Assembly (NCBI GenBank): GCA_963786955.1
Contig: CAWBAT010000005.1
Span: 928,001 to 992,000 of the forward strand
Direction of reading: 5' to 3'
DNA from: an uncultured Acidimicrobiia bacterium
GTDB taxonomy: Bacteria; Acidobacteriota; Terriglobia; Versatilivoradales; Versatilivoraceae
Length of the DNA: 64,000 nucleotides
Numbering within the stretch: position 1 is the stretch's first letter; each line of letters begins with the position of its first letter. The position numbers and the translations under genes were made by a program. Of the stretch, positions 11,247 to 21,549 are shown piece after piece. The notes below the pieces were generated by a model, which worked only from the letters and a program-made list of their open reading frames with translations, was not told the DNA's origin and made no database searches.

Positions 11247-11971
11247 TAGCGCTTACCTCCTCTCCGTTTGAGGAAATAGTCAATCAACTCTGAAGACGAG
11301 TTATTCATTTCAACGCCAAAAGACTCAATCTTGCTGTTGAAGTAGTTGAACATCCAAACGGCAGGCACGGCCACGAAGAGTCCGAAGGCGGTGGTAATAA
11401 GGGCTTCCGAGATCCCCCCCGCCACGGCTGACAAACCGGTCGATTTTTCACTGGACATACCTTGGAAGGCATTGATGATGCCGAACACGGTTCCGAACAA
11501 ACCAACGAAGGGAGCCGTACTTCCGATCGTCGCCAAGCCGCTGATGCCGCGTTTCAACTCTGCGTTGGTAATCGCCGTTGCCCGTTCGAGGGCTCTTTTT
11601 GAAGCTTCCACAACTTCACCCGGAATCTCAGCGCTGATCTGATGTGCCTGAAATTCCTGCAGACCGGCAACCACGACTTTCGCGAGGTGGCTTTTTTTGT
11701 TCTGTTCGGAAACGCTGATCGCTTCGTCAATCTTACCTTCCTTAAGGCAACCGGCAACAAGAGGAGCAAACTCCCGGGACTGCTTGCGAGCTGCAGAATA
11801 GGCCAGCAAACGATCAATCATGACCCCGATAGACCATGCCGACATAATGGCCAACACGATGATCACCGACCTGGCAACGGTCCCAGACTGACGCCACATG
11901 GCCGTCAGATCGAAACCAATCTCGCCATCCAGTAAGGTAATCGCCAGAAAATTTAACTTATAAAAAAGCAT
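11246..11971 (-). CDS. exbB: MotA/TolQ/ExbB proton channel protein
   Basis: LATIGSTAPFVGLFGTVFGII and GISEALITTAFGLFVAVPAV. Confidence 0.92.
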
Positions 11972-12092
11972 TTCGAAAGTACCTCCTATTTGTTAACTTT
12001 GATTTTTTAATTCGATATTTTGGGGAACCATCTTTCATTTGAACTCGACGTTTTCCGTCTCCAAATATTCAGGGCAGAGTAGCAGACCCCCA

Positions 12093-12858
12093 TCAGCCAC
12101 TCAAATTGAAATTAACCGTTACCTGAGTGACCACTTCGACAGGCTCACCATTCAAGAGTGTTGGCTTGTATTTCCATTGCCTTACTGCATCCATGGCCGC
12201 CTGTACGAGCAATGGGTGGCCGCTCACCACTTTTAACTGCTCCACGCTTCCTTGCTTGTTAATAATTGCTTCCAGTATAACAGCTCCTTGAATTCTTGCC
12301 TGTTTAGCGAGCGGAGGATACGGCGGCTTCACCTGACGGATCAAGTTGGCCTGCTGAACGTTTCCTCCAACCTTGACGCGCTGGGGCGGTTTCGGCGCAG
12401 CGGGCGGAGGCGGGGGCGGGGGGGGGGCTACCGCAGAAGGCGCTCCTCCAATGACTCCCCCGAGGACACCACCCATTTGACCACCAGGGACACCGCCGGG
12501 GACACCACCGACCACGCCGCCAACAGCCGTCTCGGGAGGGGGACCTTCATCAACCACCATTTTGATGTCTTTCGGAATTTCGACAGGGGCTCGGAAGGTA
12601 CCATCGTCAACCACTTTTTTTACAACTTTAACTGCAACCGTAGGAGCTGGTGGCGGTGGGGGTGGGGGTGGCGGTGGCGGTGGCGCAACCAACGCTGTCA
12701 ATTGCTGCATGGACCCTGAGAGAGTTTCAGGGAATAACAGGGGAATAAGCACCAAGACAACGACCAATATCACATGAATAATGATCGAGAGGGTCATTGT
12801 CAATGGAGTCCTGGTTTTTGGACTTCTCACCTGTTGACTCGATCAGCTGATCAAACAT
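12093..12858 (-). CDS. tonB: TonB-family energy transducer (frameshift near 12830; likely start MFDQLIEST at 12858)
   Basis: N-terminal TM helix with His, poly-Pro tracts, GGVPGG repeats, and a TonB-C domain (YPPLAKQARIQGAVILEAII...AVRQWKYKP). GGAGG RBS before 12858. Confidence 0.88.
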
Positions 12859-12946
12859 ACTGACTACCTCCTTCCGGTTGATATCATCCAGAGGATCAAT
12901 TGCTCCTGAAATCACTTCATTCGAAGAATGTTTTTCGGGTACTGCA

Positions 12947-14157
12947 TCAGACTTTCGCAGCCTTTGCTACTGCCTTCTTGCTGTTCTGATAGTCATACCA
13001 AATAACCAAGAGAGGACTGGCAATAGCAATCGAGGAATAGGTTCCAATTATAATCCCAATTACCATAGCAAATGCAAATCCGTTTATGACTTCTCCTCCA
13101 AAAATATAAAGGGACAAGACGGTGATAAAAGTCAAGCCGGAGGTCAGTATCGTTCGACTGAGGGTCTGGTTGATACTTCTGTTGATAATCGCGGACAAAG
13201 ATTCCTTTCGGAGGAATTTCAGATTCTCGCGAATTCGGTCAAAGACCACAATCGTGTCATTCATCGAATACCCGACGAGCGTGAGTAGCGCGGCAATAAC
13301 CGTCAGTGAAATTTCCTTGTTGAAGATAGGAGAAAAACCCCAGTGTAATGATCACATCATGAAAGACCGCCAGAACCGCGGCCGTCCCATACACCGCCCC
13401 TTTGAATCGCCAGGCAATATAAACGAGCATGCCCGCCGAGAGCGTACAGGGTTGCCGAGATGGCCTGCTGCTGCAACGCCTTGCCGACTTTCGGTCCGAC
13501 AATTTCGGTCTTGATAATGGAGAAATCGCCTAGGTAGAAGTGCCCGCGCAATAGCTTCAGCACCTCATCAGGGAGCCCAGCGCCTGTTTTCAAGTCTTCA
13601 AAATTCTTTACAATCCCCCCATGAGAATCGCGGTATCCGAGGACGGCCTTAGAAAGGGCCGGTGCCGAATTAATGGCTCCGTTTCCTGGTTTCTGCAAAA
13701 CAGCAGCCAATTCCGGGATGCTGTTTAAGGCCAATTCCATTCGGGCAGACCCGATGTTATTCAGGTCGGCCATCACCCCGGGTTGAGCATCTACCGGACG
13801 AAAACTCAAATTGAGTGTTTCGGCGATCTTTGACTGTCCCTGGTCTAGATCGGAACCACTGGCCGTCGCCTTTTGATCCAGACTGATGATCACCTCATGA
13901 TCGCTATCAATCCCATAGCTTTGTATTGTGCTCTCTCCTAGGCCTCGCTGCTTGAGCGCCGTCCGAATGGTGTCTAAATGAGGTTTTTCTTTGAACTTCA
14001 CATAAACCAAAGTTCCGCCACTAAAATCAATCCCGTAACGAGGTCCTCCTTTAACAGCTAATGAAATGATGCTGGCAACAAACAGAGCAAATGAAGCACC
14101 AATGAGGATGGTCTTTTTGCCTATCCAGTCGATATTTGCATTTCTAAAAAAATACAT
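12947..14157 (-). CDS. secF: Protein translocase subunit SecF with periplasmic insertion (several frameshifts between 13260 and 13450)
   Basis: GIDFSGGT, EIVGPKVG, FHDVII, NDTIVVFDRIRENL, SINQTLSRTILTS and GTYSSIAIA, spread over three ORFs. Confidence 0.92.
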
Positions 14158-14279
14158 TATGACTCCGTCTCCTCCTAGACCGATGATTCCTGGCGCTAGC
14201 TCTCCCTAGCCAATAGACAACCCATCCATCCAAAAAGTTCCAGGCAGACTCTGGAAGAAGCTGATTTCCCTCAAAATTC

Positions 14280-15872
14280 CTAAATACTTAGGGTTTCCCT
14301 TCGGGTCGGTCCGCTCAAAATCCAATCAAAGAGGAATTTGGAAACAAACACCGCCGTGAACAAATTGGCCATGAGCCCCCAAAACAGGACGACCGCAAAT
14401 CCTTTAACCGGTCCAGTCCCGAAAATAAATAGGAAACAGACCGAAACAATAGTGGTAACGTGTGTATCAATAATGGTGACAAATGCCTTCGAAAATCCGA
14501 CATTGACGGAAGAGACGACATTCTTTCCGCTCCACAGTTCCTCGCGAATCCTTTCGAAAATTAAGACGTTCGAATCCACAGCCATACCAATCAAGAGAAC
14601 CACTCCAGCGATGCCGGGAAGCGTTAAGGTAGCCCGGATGTAAGCCAGCGCTGCCACCAAGATGATTAAATTCAAGATAAGAGCAACCACGGCATTGAGA
14701 CCCGACAGACGATAATAAAAGAGCATGAACAGCACGACAGCAACCATGCCAACAATGGAAGCCACGATGCCCTGGAAGATGGAATCATTGCCTAGTGAAG
14801 CGCCCACGGTTCTTTCTTCCAGATAAGTAATCGAAGCCGGGAGCGCTCCCGATCTCAAGGTGAGAGCCAGATCGGTTGCCCGCTCCAAAGTAAAATTGCC
14901 GGTAATCTGGCCGGAATCCCGGATTGTACTACGAATGGCTGGAGCAGACTGGATCTTGCCATCCAGCACAATGGCGAGCTGCTTTCCAATATTTTCCCCG
15001 GTGATTTTTTCAAAGCGCGCGGCCCCATCCGAAGTTAAGTTAAAACTGACGGCGGCTTTCCCGAATTCGTCAGTACTGGGCTGGGCTGTTCTTAAGTCTC
15101 TACCCGTAATGGAAGCTACTTTGTTCACAAAATACCACTCTTCGCTGGATTGTCCGGTTTCTCGTACGTGGGGGAGCAATTCCTTTCCTTCTGGGGCGAC
15201 TCCATTATATTGGCTAAGGGCGGCCTGCCTGGATGGAAATGGTCCAAAGCCCGGTTCAACGAGCTTCAACTCCAGCAAGGCCGTGGATTTAATGATATCT
15301 TTTACGCGACTGGGATCGTCAACCCCTGGCAGTTGCACCAAAATTTGGTATTCGTCGGCCGGCCCATGTTCTTGAATGACCGGCTCAGTCACGCCCAGCT
15401 GATCGACGCGGTTCCGAATGGTCTGGATGGCTTGCTGGACCGACCCGCTTCTAATCTGTTTTTCTACACTCGGTTTTAAGCCGAGAAGATATGAATTCGG
15501 GACGCCCGGCAAATCTCCTCGGTCCCAGGATTGAAATGATTCATCAATTGCGGCACGCACATCGGAGGTATTTTTGGGATCCACCTCGCGGATCTCAATA
15601 TGGTCCAGATCATGCTTGCGCACATCGGAAAAGGAAATCTGTCGCGATCGCAATTCTTCCTTAATTCTCTCGACAGTGAGATCCGTTTCAATATTGACGG
15701 CATCATCGGTCACGACCAGGAGAATCAAATGCATCCCCCCTCTGAGATCTAGCCCGAGATGGATCCTTTCCTTAATTTTACCCAGGCTGGGAGGAAGACC
15801 TGTAATCCCCAAAATACAAAAAACGGTCACAGCAACGATTGCTGCTAGCTTCCAACGTAATTTCTTACGCAT
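14280..15872 (-). CDS. secD: Protein translocase subunit SecD
   Basis: LGLDLRGG, IRNRVDQLGVTEP, LAIVLDG, LRSGALPA, GMAVDSNVLIFERIREE. Confidence 0.96.
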   Translation of the reverse strand: MRKKLRWKLAAIVAVTVFCILGITGLPPSLGKIKERIHLGLDLRGGMHLILLVVTDDAVNIETDLTVERIKEELRSRQISFSDVRKHDLDHIEIREVDPKNTSDVRAAIDESFQSWDRGDLPGVPNSYLLGLKPSVEKQIRSGSVQQAIQTIRNRVDQLGVTEPVIQEHGPADEYQILVQLPGVDDPSRVKDIIKSTALLELKLVEPGFGPFPSRQAALSQYNGVAPEGKELLPHVRETGQSSEEWYFVNKVASITGRDLRTAQPSTDEFGKAAVSFNLTSDGAARFEKITGENIGKQLAIVLDGKIQSAPAIRSTIRDSGQITGNFTLERATDLALTLRSGALPASITYLEERTVGASLGNDSIFQGIVASIVGMVAVVLFMLFYYRLSGLNAVVALILNLIILVAALAYIRATLTLPGIAGVVLLIGMAVDSNVLIFERIREELWSGKNVVSSVNVGFSKAFVTIIDTHVTTIVSVCFLFIFGTGPVKGFAVVLFWGLMANLFTAVFVSKFLFDWILSGPTRRETLSI

Positions 15873-15928
15873 TCAAGAGGAACCTCAGACTCTGAATTCA
15901 ATAGCAACCTAAAACTGGAGGGACGCTA

Positions 15929-16231
15929 TCACTCCTCGGTCAGCTTTTCAACTATGGCGTTTTTCGAAATCTCGATTTTCACTTGATCCGCAACTTTAAG
16001 GAGGAGGCGGTCTTCTTTTATCCCTGCCACCACACCGTAAATCCCGCCAGAGGTCTTAACTTTGTCACCATTTTTCAGACTATCCAGTGTCTCCTGGAGC
16101 GCCCGTTGTCGCTTTTTATTAGGAAGGAAAACGATGAAATAAAAGATAAGGCCAATAGCAAGGAAGATCAGAGGTTGCACAAAAACTGGACTCGGCTGTC
16201 CATTGGCTGCCAAAAGCGCCAAAAAAGACAT
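15929..16231 (-). CDS. yajC: Preprotein translocase subunit YajC
   Basis: One TM helix then LKNGDKVKTSGGIYG; lies between tgt and secD. Confidence 0.93.
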   Translation of the reverse strand: MSFLALLAANGQPSPVFVQPLIFLAIGLIFYFIVFLPNKKRQRALQETLDSLKNGDKVKTSGGIYGVVAGIKEDRLLLKVADQVKIEISKNAIVEKLTEE

Positions 16232-16437
16232 GAAACCTGCCTCCAGACAAAGATTCTCTATCCCTCAGAAGTTGACTTGTTTAATCTTGCGTGTGAACTA
16301 GGAAGATCAGGGCAATCTAGGATCGGCCTTCAACCAGATCGGCTGAAGTTAAAACCTTGCAGTTTTTCCGAATTGTACTCTTAAGAAAATAGAGCAGCGG
16401 AGAACAAGGCTGCTTGACTCTATTCCATAAAATTCAT

Positions 16438-17565
16438 TTACCCGACTTCTTGCTTCCTTTTGAACTCCGTTAAGAAATCCAGATACCTGTGGGACGTGAT
16501 AGCATCCCTAATTTGCTGTAGGGTGTCAAGATAAAAGTAGAGGTTATGTTGGGTGTTGAGCATTGATGAAAGGATCTCGTTAGACTGGAAAAGGTGCCTC
16601 AAATAAGCACGACTATATCGGCGGCAAACCGGGCACTGACAAGACTCATCGATGGGACGCTCGTCCCGTGCATAGCACGCATGTTTGATCGCCAGATGAC
16701 CCGAATGCGTGAATAACCAGCCGTTGCGCGCATTCCGGGTCGGCATCACGCAATCGAACATATCGACTCCCAGCGCCACACACTCCACAATATCCAGGGG
16801 CGTTCCCACGCCCATCAAGTATCTGGGATGGGTGGGGGGCATCCATTGTGTGCTCTCTCCAGCCAGTTCGTAAAGCAGTGGTTTGGGCTCCCCGACAGAG
16901 AGTCCCCCGATGGCGTAGCCCGGAAAATCCAAATCGATCAAGCGAAGCAGACATTCCTTTCTGAGTTCAGGGTATATTCCCCCTTGGCCGATCCCAAAAA
17001 GCCCTTGCGTGTGTGGGTACCACTGCCCTACACCCTTTTCGAAGGTATCTTTGCATCGGGCAGCCCAACGTAGTGTTCGTTCCATTGAATTGCGGGCGAT
17101 CAGAAAATCGGAGGGGTAGGGCAGACACTCATCGAGAGCCATGATGATGTCTGCTCCAAGCGCCATTTGAATCTCCACCGCTTTTTCGGGCGTCAGCAAA
17201 TGCGGGGAGCCGTCCAAATGCGACCGGAAAGCGACTCCTTCCTCCGAAATGTTTCGTAAGTCGCTATGACTGAAGACCTGGAAACCCCCGCTGTCAGTCA
17301 AGATGAGGTGTGGCCAGGAAATGAAGCGGTGCAACCCGCCTAGTTCGTGAATCAATTGATGTCCTGGCCTTAAATAAAGATGATAGGTATTTCCAAGAAT
17401 AAGCTTCGCCCCAAGCTCCTCGAGTTGAGACTGTGCTATTGCTTTTACCGTTCCAGATGTCCCTACGGGCATGAAGACTGGAGTGTCAACCTCACCGTGA
17501 TCGGTGATGAGCTTTCCCAAGCGTGCTTTTGTCTTAGGGTCTTCAGAGAGGACTTTAAATTGCAA
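16438..17565 (-). CDS. tgt: Queuine tRNA-ribosyltransferase
   Basis: TPVFMPVGT, NTYHL, TDSGGFQVFS, GGLSVGE, DMFDCVMPTRNARNG, and the CxCxxC/H Zn site. Confidence 0.97.
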   Translation of the reverse strand: MQFKVLSEDPKTKARLGKLITDHGEVDTPVFMPVGTSGTVKAIAQSQLEELGAKLILGNTYHLYLRPGHQLIHELGGLHRFISWPHLILTDSGGFQVFSHSDLRNISEEGVAFRSHLDGSPHLLTPEKAVEIQMALGADIIMALDECLPYPSDFLIARNSMERTLRWAARCKDTFEKGVGQWYPHTQGLFGIGQGGIYPELRKECLLRLIDLDFPGYAIGGLSVGEPKPLLYELAGESTQWMPPTHPRYLMGVGTPLDIVECVALGVDMFDCVMPTRNARNGWLFTHSGHLAIKHACYARDERPIDESCQCPVCRRYSRAYLRHLFQSNEILSSMLNTQHNLYFYLDTLQQIRDAITSHRYLDFLTEFKRKQEVG

Positions 17566-17605
17566 ATCTGTTCCCTTTCCTACAGGTATGTAGAATTCAT
17601 CCTTC

Positions 17606-18586
17606 TCACGGGCGATCGTTCGGAGGCGACTCTTCGGCGAGATGACACCACACCCGGTGTGATTCTGAAAGACTCAGTTCCCGGGGTTCTTCCAAACCAC
17701 AGCGTTCATATGCCATGGGGCAACGGGTATGAAATCGGCACCCTTTCGGAGGATGGGCTGGGCTTGGAATGTCCCCTTGCAGAGGGGCTTTCCGCTGAGA
17801 ACCCTCAAGGTTGGGGACCGAAGCCAGAAGAACTTGGGTGTAAGGATGCTTTGGATTATGAAAAATTTCGTCAGGTCGACCCACTTCCGCCAGTCTGCCA
17901 AGGTACATGACGCCAATCCGTGAGCTAATATGTTCCACAATAGGAAGGGAGTGGGAGATAAAGAGGTACGTCAGGTGAAACTGCTCCTGCAAATCCTGAA
18001 AAAGGTTAACAATTTGCGCCTGAATGGACACGTCGAGCGCAGAAACCGGTTCGTCGGCGACAATCAACTTCGGTTTTAAGGCTAAGGCACGTGCAATGCT
18101 GATTCGTTGACGTTGTCCACCGCTGAATTCATGGGGATATTTGGGCAATGATTTCTGTTCCATTCCTACTGCATCCAGCAGTTCTTTGACCTTCGACCGG
18201 TGCTCCCCCTTTGGGTAGAGTCTGTGGATGAGAAAGGGTTCTTCAAGAATCTGCAGCACCGTCATCCGTGGATTAAGAGAGGAGGCGGGATCTTGAAACA
18301 CGATTTGAAGGTGCCGGCGCATTTGCCGGAGGTCTGCTCCTTTGAGAGCCAGGAGGTCCTGGCCTGCAAGACGGATTTCTCCTGAGGTCGGCTCAAGGAG
18401 TCGAAGCACACAGTGCCCCAGTGTAGTCTTGCCACAGCCTGATTCCCCCACCAAACCAAACGTTTCCCCCGCTTGAATTTCCAGGGAAACCCCGTCGAGA
18501 GCCTTTACGACAGGCTTTCTCGCGCGTGAAAGTCCCGATTGAGGGAGAAAATATTTCTTGAGATCACGGATTTCGAGTAGATTCAT
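17606..18586 (-). CDS. oppF: Oligopeptide/dipeptide ABC transporter ATP-binding protein (OppF/DppF)
   Basis: [21 protein letters not shown], and the C-terminal GCRFHTRC domain; likely start MNLLEIRDL. Confidence 0.88.
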   Translation of the reverse strand: MNLLEIRDLKKYFLPQSGLSRARKPVVKALDGVSLEIQAGETFGLVGESGCGKTTLGHCVLRLLEPTSGEIRLAGQDLLALKGADLRQMRRHLQIVFQDPASSLNPRMTVLQILEEPFLIHRLYPKGEHRSKVKELLDAVGMEQKSLPKYPHEFSGGQRQRISIARALALKPKLIVADEPVSALDVSIQAQIVNLFQDLQEQFHLTYLFISHSLPIVEHISSRIGVMYLGRLAEVGRPDEIFHNPKHPYTQVLLASVPNLEGSQRKAPLQGDIPSPAHPPKGCRFHTRCPMAYERCGLEEPRELSLSESHRVWCHLAEESPPNDRP

Positions 18587-19586
18587 ACTTGACACATCGT
18601 ACCTGGCGCCCGGAGACAGGGCGTGATATCGGGATGGGAATTGTCCCACAGCGGTCGCCCATCTGGTCTAGGCATCTCGGTTGAAAGGCACAGCCAACCG
18701 GAGTGTTTTGAAGGTCAGGGACAGACCCCGGAATGGATTTTAGCCGGTATTTTTCTTTGCTCGCTTGTCCCGTTCGAGGAAGAGACCGCAACAACCCTGC
18801 GGTATAAGGGTGTAACGGATTTGAGAGAACCTCAGACGTGAGACCGTACTCGATGATCTTTCCCGCATACATGACTGCTGTGAGATCTGCGATCCTTGCG
18901 ATCACTCCCAGATCATGGGAAATGAAAATCAAAGACAAATGAAAACGCTCTTTCAGGTCCAGCAATAGTTCCAGAACCTGTGCTTGAATCGTAACATCCA
19001 GCGCGGTCGTTGGCTCATCGGCAATCAATAACTTCGGCTTCGTGACCAGGGCCATGGCAATCATGGCTCGTTGCCGGAGCCCTCCAGAAAGCTGGTGGGG
19101 ATAATCATCAAATCGTTGCTCCGGCGAGGGGATCGTCACTGAGCGCAGGATCTCTAGGGTTCGGTCCTTCGCTTCACGATGGGAGACCCTTTCATGTGCG
19201 TGGATCGCTTCGCTAATCTGGTTACCGATGGTGAAGACCGGATTAAGCGCCGTCATCGGCTCCTGAAAGATCATGGAGATTTCTCGGCCTCTAATCTTGC
19301 GCATTTCTTTCGGAGGGAGCCGCATCAAATCATCCGGTTCACTCTCAACATTGTCCGGCGAGTAAAGGACCTGCCCTTCAACAACCTTCCCGGGAGGAGG
19401 AACCAGTTTAAGAATGGAAAGGGCCGTCAGGCTCTTGCCACTCCCGGATTCTCCCACAATCCCAAGGGTCTTTCCCCGTTCCAGCGAAAATGAGACATCA
19501 TCAACAGCTCTTACTAACCCTGAAGGGGTGAAGAATTGGGTCTTGAGATGACTAACCGTCAGAATTGAGTTCACAGCTAAGTTCAT
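18564..19586 (-). CDS. oppD: Oligopeptide/dipeptide ABC transporter ATP-binding protein (OppD/DppD)
   Basis: [39 protein letters not shown]. Confidence 0.88.
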   Translation of the reverse strand: MNLAVNSILTVSHLKTQFFTPSGLVRAVDDVSFSLERGKTLGIVGESGSGKSLTALSILKLVPPPGKVVEGQVLYSPDNVESEPDDLMRLPPKEMRKIRGREISMIFQEPMTALNPVFTIGNQISEAIHAHERVSHREAKDRTLEILRSVTIPSPEQRFDDYPHQLSGGLRQRAMIAMALVTKPKLLIADEPTTALDVTIQAQVLELLLDLKERFHLSLIFISHDLGVIARIADLTAVMYAGKIIEYGLTSEVLSNPLHPYTAGLLRSLPRTGQASKEKYRLKSIPGSVPDLQNTPVGCAFQPRCLDQMGDRCGTIPIPISRPVSGRQVRCVKYESTRNP

Positions 19587-19756
19587 TTGCCCCCAATGAA
19601 CGCCCACTTAAAACTGCCAATGTACTCATTCGTAAAGGGTTCTCTGTCAACCGACGGACGTCCTACTCTTACTCGATCCCGTTTGAGCCGATTGGAATCA
19701 ATGTCCCATAACTGCTCAGTTCAGAGCTTTGTCAAGTGCCTGCCTCCTGAAAACCG

Positions 19757-20004
19757 AAACGCCAAGAGCGCCAAGAAAGGAGGAAGAAACTCTGCAAATC
19801 GGGTGCTTTATAAATGCTCCACCGCTGACTCTTCCGAAGGGTTTGGGATTACACGGTGACGGAGTATGCGAAATTCATGAGCCTTGTAAGCAATACAGGC
19901 GGACCGACCCAACGCTCGATGCACTTTTGGGGCATCGTCAACAATGTCCTTGGGCACTTCGTCGGCCGTCCCGGAAGCCTCTATCCATTGCGATCTTGGC
20001 GTTT
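19757..20004. repeat. About 250-bp intergenic element with imperfect terminal inverted repeats (MITE/REP-like)
   Basis: Left AAACGCCAAGAGCGC (19757) versus the reverse complement of the right end, AAACGCCAAGATCGC (ends 20004): 14/15 identical. Confidence 0.5.
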
Positions 20005-20058
20005 ACATCTTCTCCATGTACCAGGAAGGCACGAAGACGGTCATGATCGGCAGAGTGA

Positions 20059-21474
20059 TTAATTGCTGTTCTCGACCTGAGCCAGGTTTCTCCCTTCCGC
20101 CATCATGCGCTCGACTTGGTCTTCTGTGTGCGCTTCACAGTATATTCTGAGCAACGGCTCTGTCCCGGATTGGCGGAACAAGATCCAACTCTCATCCTTG
20201 AAAATCAGTTTCGTTCCATCCAGGGTCTCCACACGTTCGAGGAACAATCCAGTGTATCGTTTTGGTGGAGAATCCCTCAGCTGTTTCACCAGGCCCTGCC
20301 CGAAAATGAGGGGGACATGCAGGTCATTGCGTTGAAAGTGAAATTCTCCATATTCCTTCCACAAGTCCAAAACCATGTCGTGAAGACTCTTGCCGCTTTC
20401 GGCCACAGCTTCCAGCATCAATAAATTGAGCAGAATTCCGTCACGTTCCGGTAGATGATTCTTGACCCCGACTCCTCCGCTCTCCTCACCCCCGATCAGG
20501 ACGTCTTCTTGCAGCATAACCTCGGCAATATTCTTGAACCCGATGGGAACGATTTCAAAGGGCAGCCCAAGCTTTCGGCAGATCTTTTCAACCAGGACGC
20601 TTTGGGAAAATGTTTTTACAACCTTGCCGGTCCAATTCCTTTTCTGGACCAAATGGAGAATTAGCAAACAAAGAATCTGGTGGGTATTTACGTAACGTCC
20701 CTGCTGGTCCATGACACCCAAGCGGTCCGCGTCACCGTCCGTGGCAAGACCAATGTCCGCCTGATCTTCCAGAATAGCGATCTTCAATGCTCCTAAATTC
20801 TCCGGCATCGGCTCAGGGGAGACTCCTCCGAAGAGCGGATCCGGATTGTAGCGGATGGTTCGACAAGCCACACCCTGTTCCTGGAGGATCTCTTCCAAAA
20901 GGCGTAGACCCGTACCATGCATGGAATCGATAACGGCCTTAATTTTCGATTTTCGGATGGCGTCGAAACCGACGAGAGACTTCACATGGTCTAAGTACTC
21001 AGGGTTCGGTGAAATGACATGGATTCTGTCTGCTGCTTCACCACGGTTCAGCCTCCGAGGAGTGTTTTTAAAAAGATACGACTCAATTTGCTGAACGATA
21101 GCAGGCGTTGCCGAACCCCCAAACGGGGCCTTGAATTTGATCCCTAGGAATTCAGGGGGATTGTGACTCGCCGTGACCATGACGCCCCCCGCTAGTTGGC
21201 GGCGTCGGGCCTCAAATGAGACATAGGGTGTCGGGAATGGACGGTCTAAAAGCTCGATGTGGAAACGATTGGCCGCCAGGACTTCTGCGACGCATCGGGC
21301 AAAACGCCCCGCCATGAAGCGCGCATCATAGCCGATGAGCACTTCTCGGCGAGAAGGGGGTTGGGATTCGAGGTAATCGGCGATGGCCTGGGTAACAATC
21401 TCGACATTATCAAAGGTAAAATCTCTGGCAATAACACCTCTCCAACCATCCGTTCCAAATTTAATGGAGGTCAA
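20059..21474 (-). CDS. Phosphoglucomutase/phosphomannomutase family protein
   Basis: FGTDGWRG, TASHNP, DGDADR, GEESGG, RQSGTEP. Confidence 0.93.
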   Translation of the reverse strand: MTSIKFGTDGWRGVIARDFTFDNVEIVTQAIADYLESQPPSRREVLIGYDARFMAGRFARCVAEVLAANRFHIELLDRPFPTPYVSFEARRRQLAGGVMVTASHNPPEFLGIKFKAPFGGSATPAIVQQIESYLFKNTPRRLNRGEAADRIHVISPNPEYLDHVKSLVGFDAIRKSKIKAVIDSMHGTGLRLLEEILQEQGVACRTIRYNPDPLFGGVSPEPMPENLGALKIAILEDQADIGLATDGDADRLGVMDQQGRYVNTHQILCLLILHLVQKRNWTGKVVKTFSQSVLVEKICRKLGLPFEIVPIGFKNIAEVMLQEDVLIGGEESGGVGVKNHLPERDGILLNLLMLEAVAESGKSLHDMVLDLWKEYGEFHFQRNDLHVPLIFGQGLVKQLRDSPPKRYTGLFLERVETLDGTKLIFKDESWILFRQSGTEPLLRIYCEAHTEDQVERMMAEGRNLAQVENSN

Positions 21475-21549
21475 AGGAATTTTCTCCTCGATGATCTTTC
21501 TACTGAATCGGGGGGCGTAAGGCCAGAGATCCCTTCGATCCAGAAAGAT

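Noticed and set aside
12400-12690. GC-rich tandem repeats (GGTGGC/GGCGG) suggesting a repeat array
   Set aside because: They encode the poly-Pro and GGVPGG tracts of TonB.
16438-17565. tgt as a possible DNA-modifying (DpdA-like) or queuine-salvage variant
   Set aside because: It has the canonical bacterial TGT motifs (DEC, GGLSVGE) and the standard tgt-yajC-secDF context.
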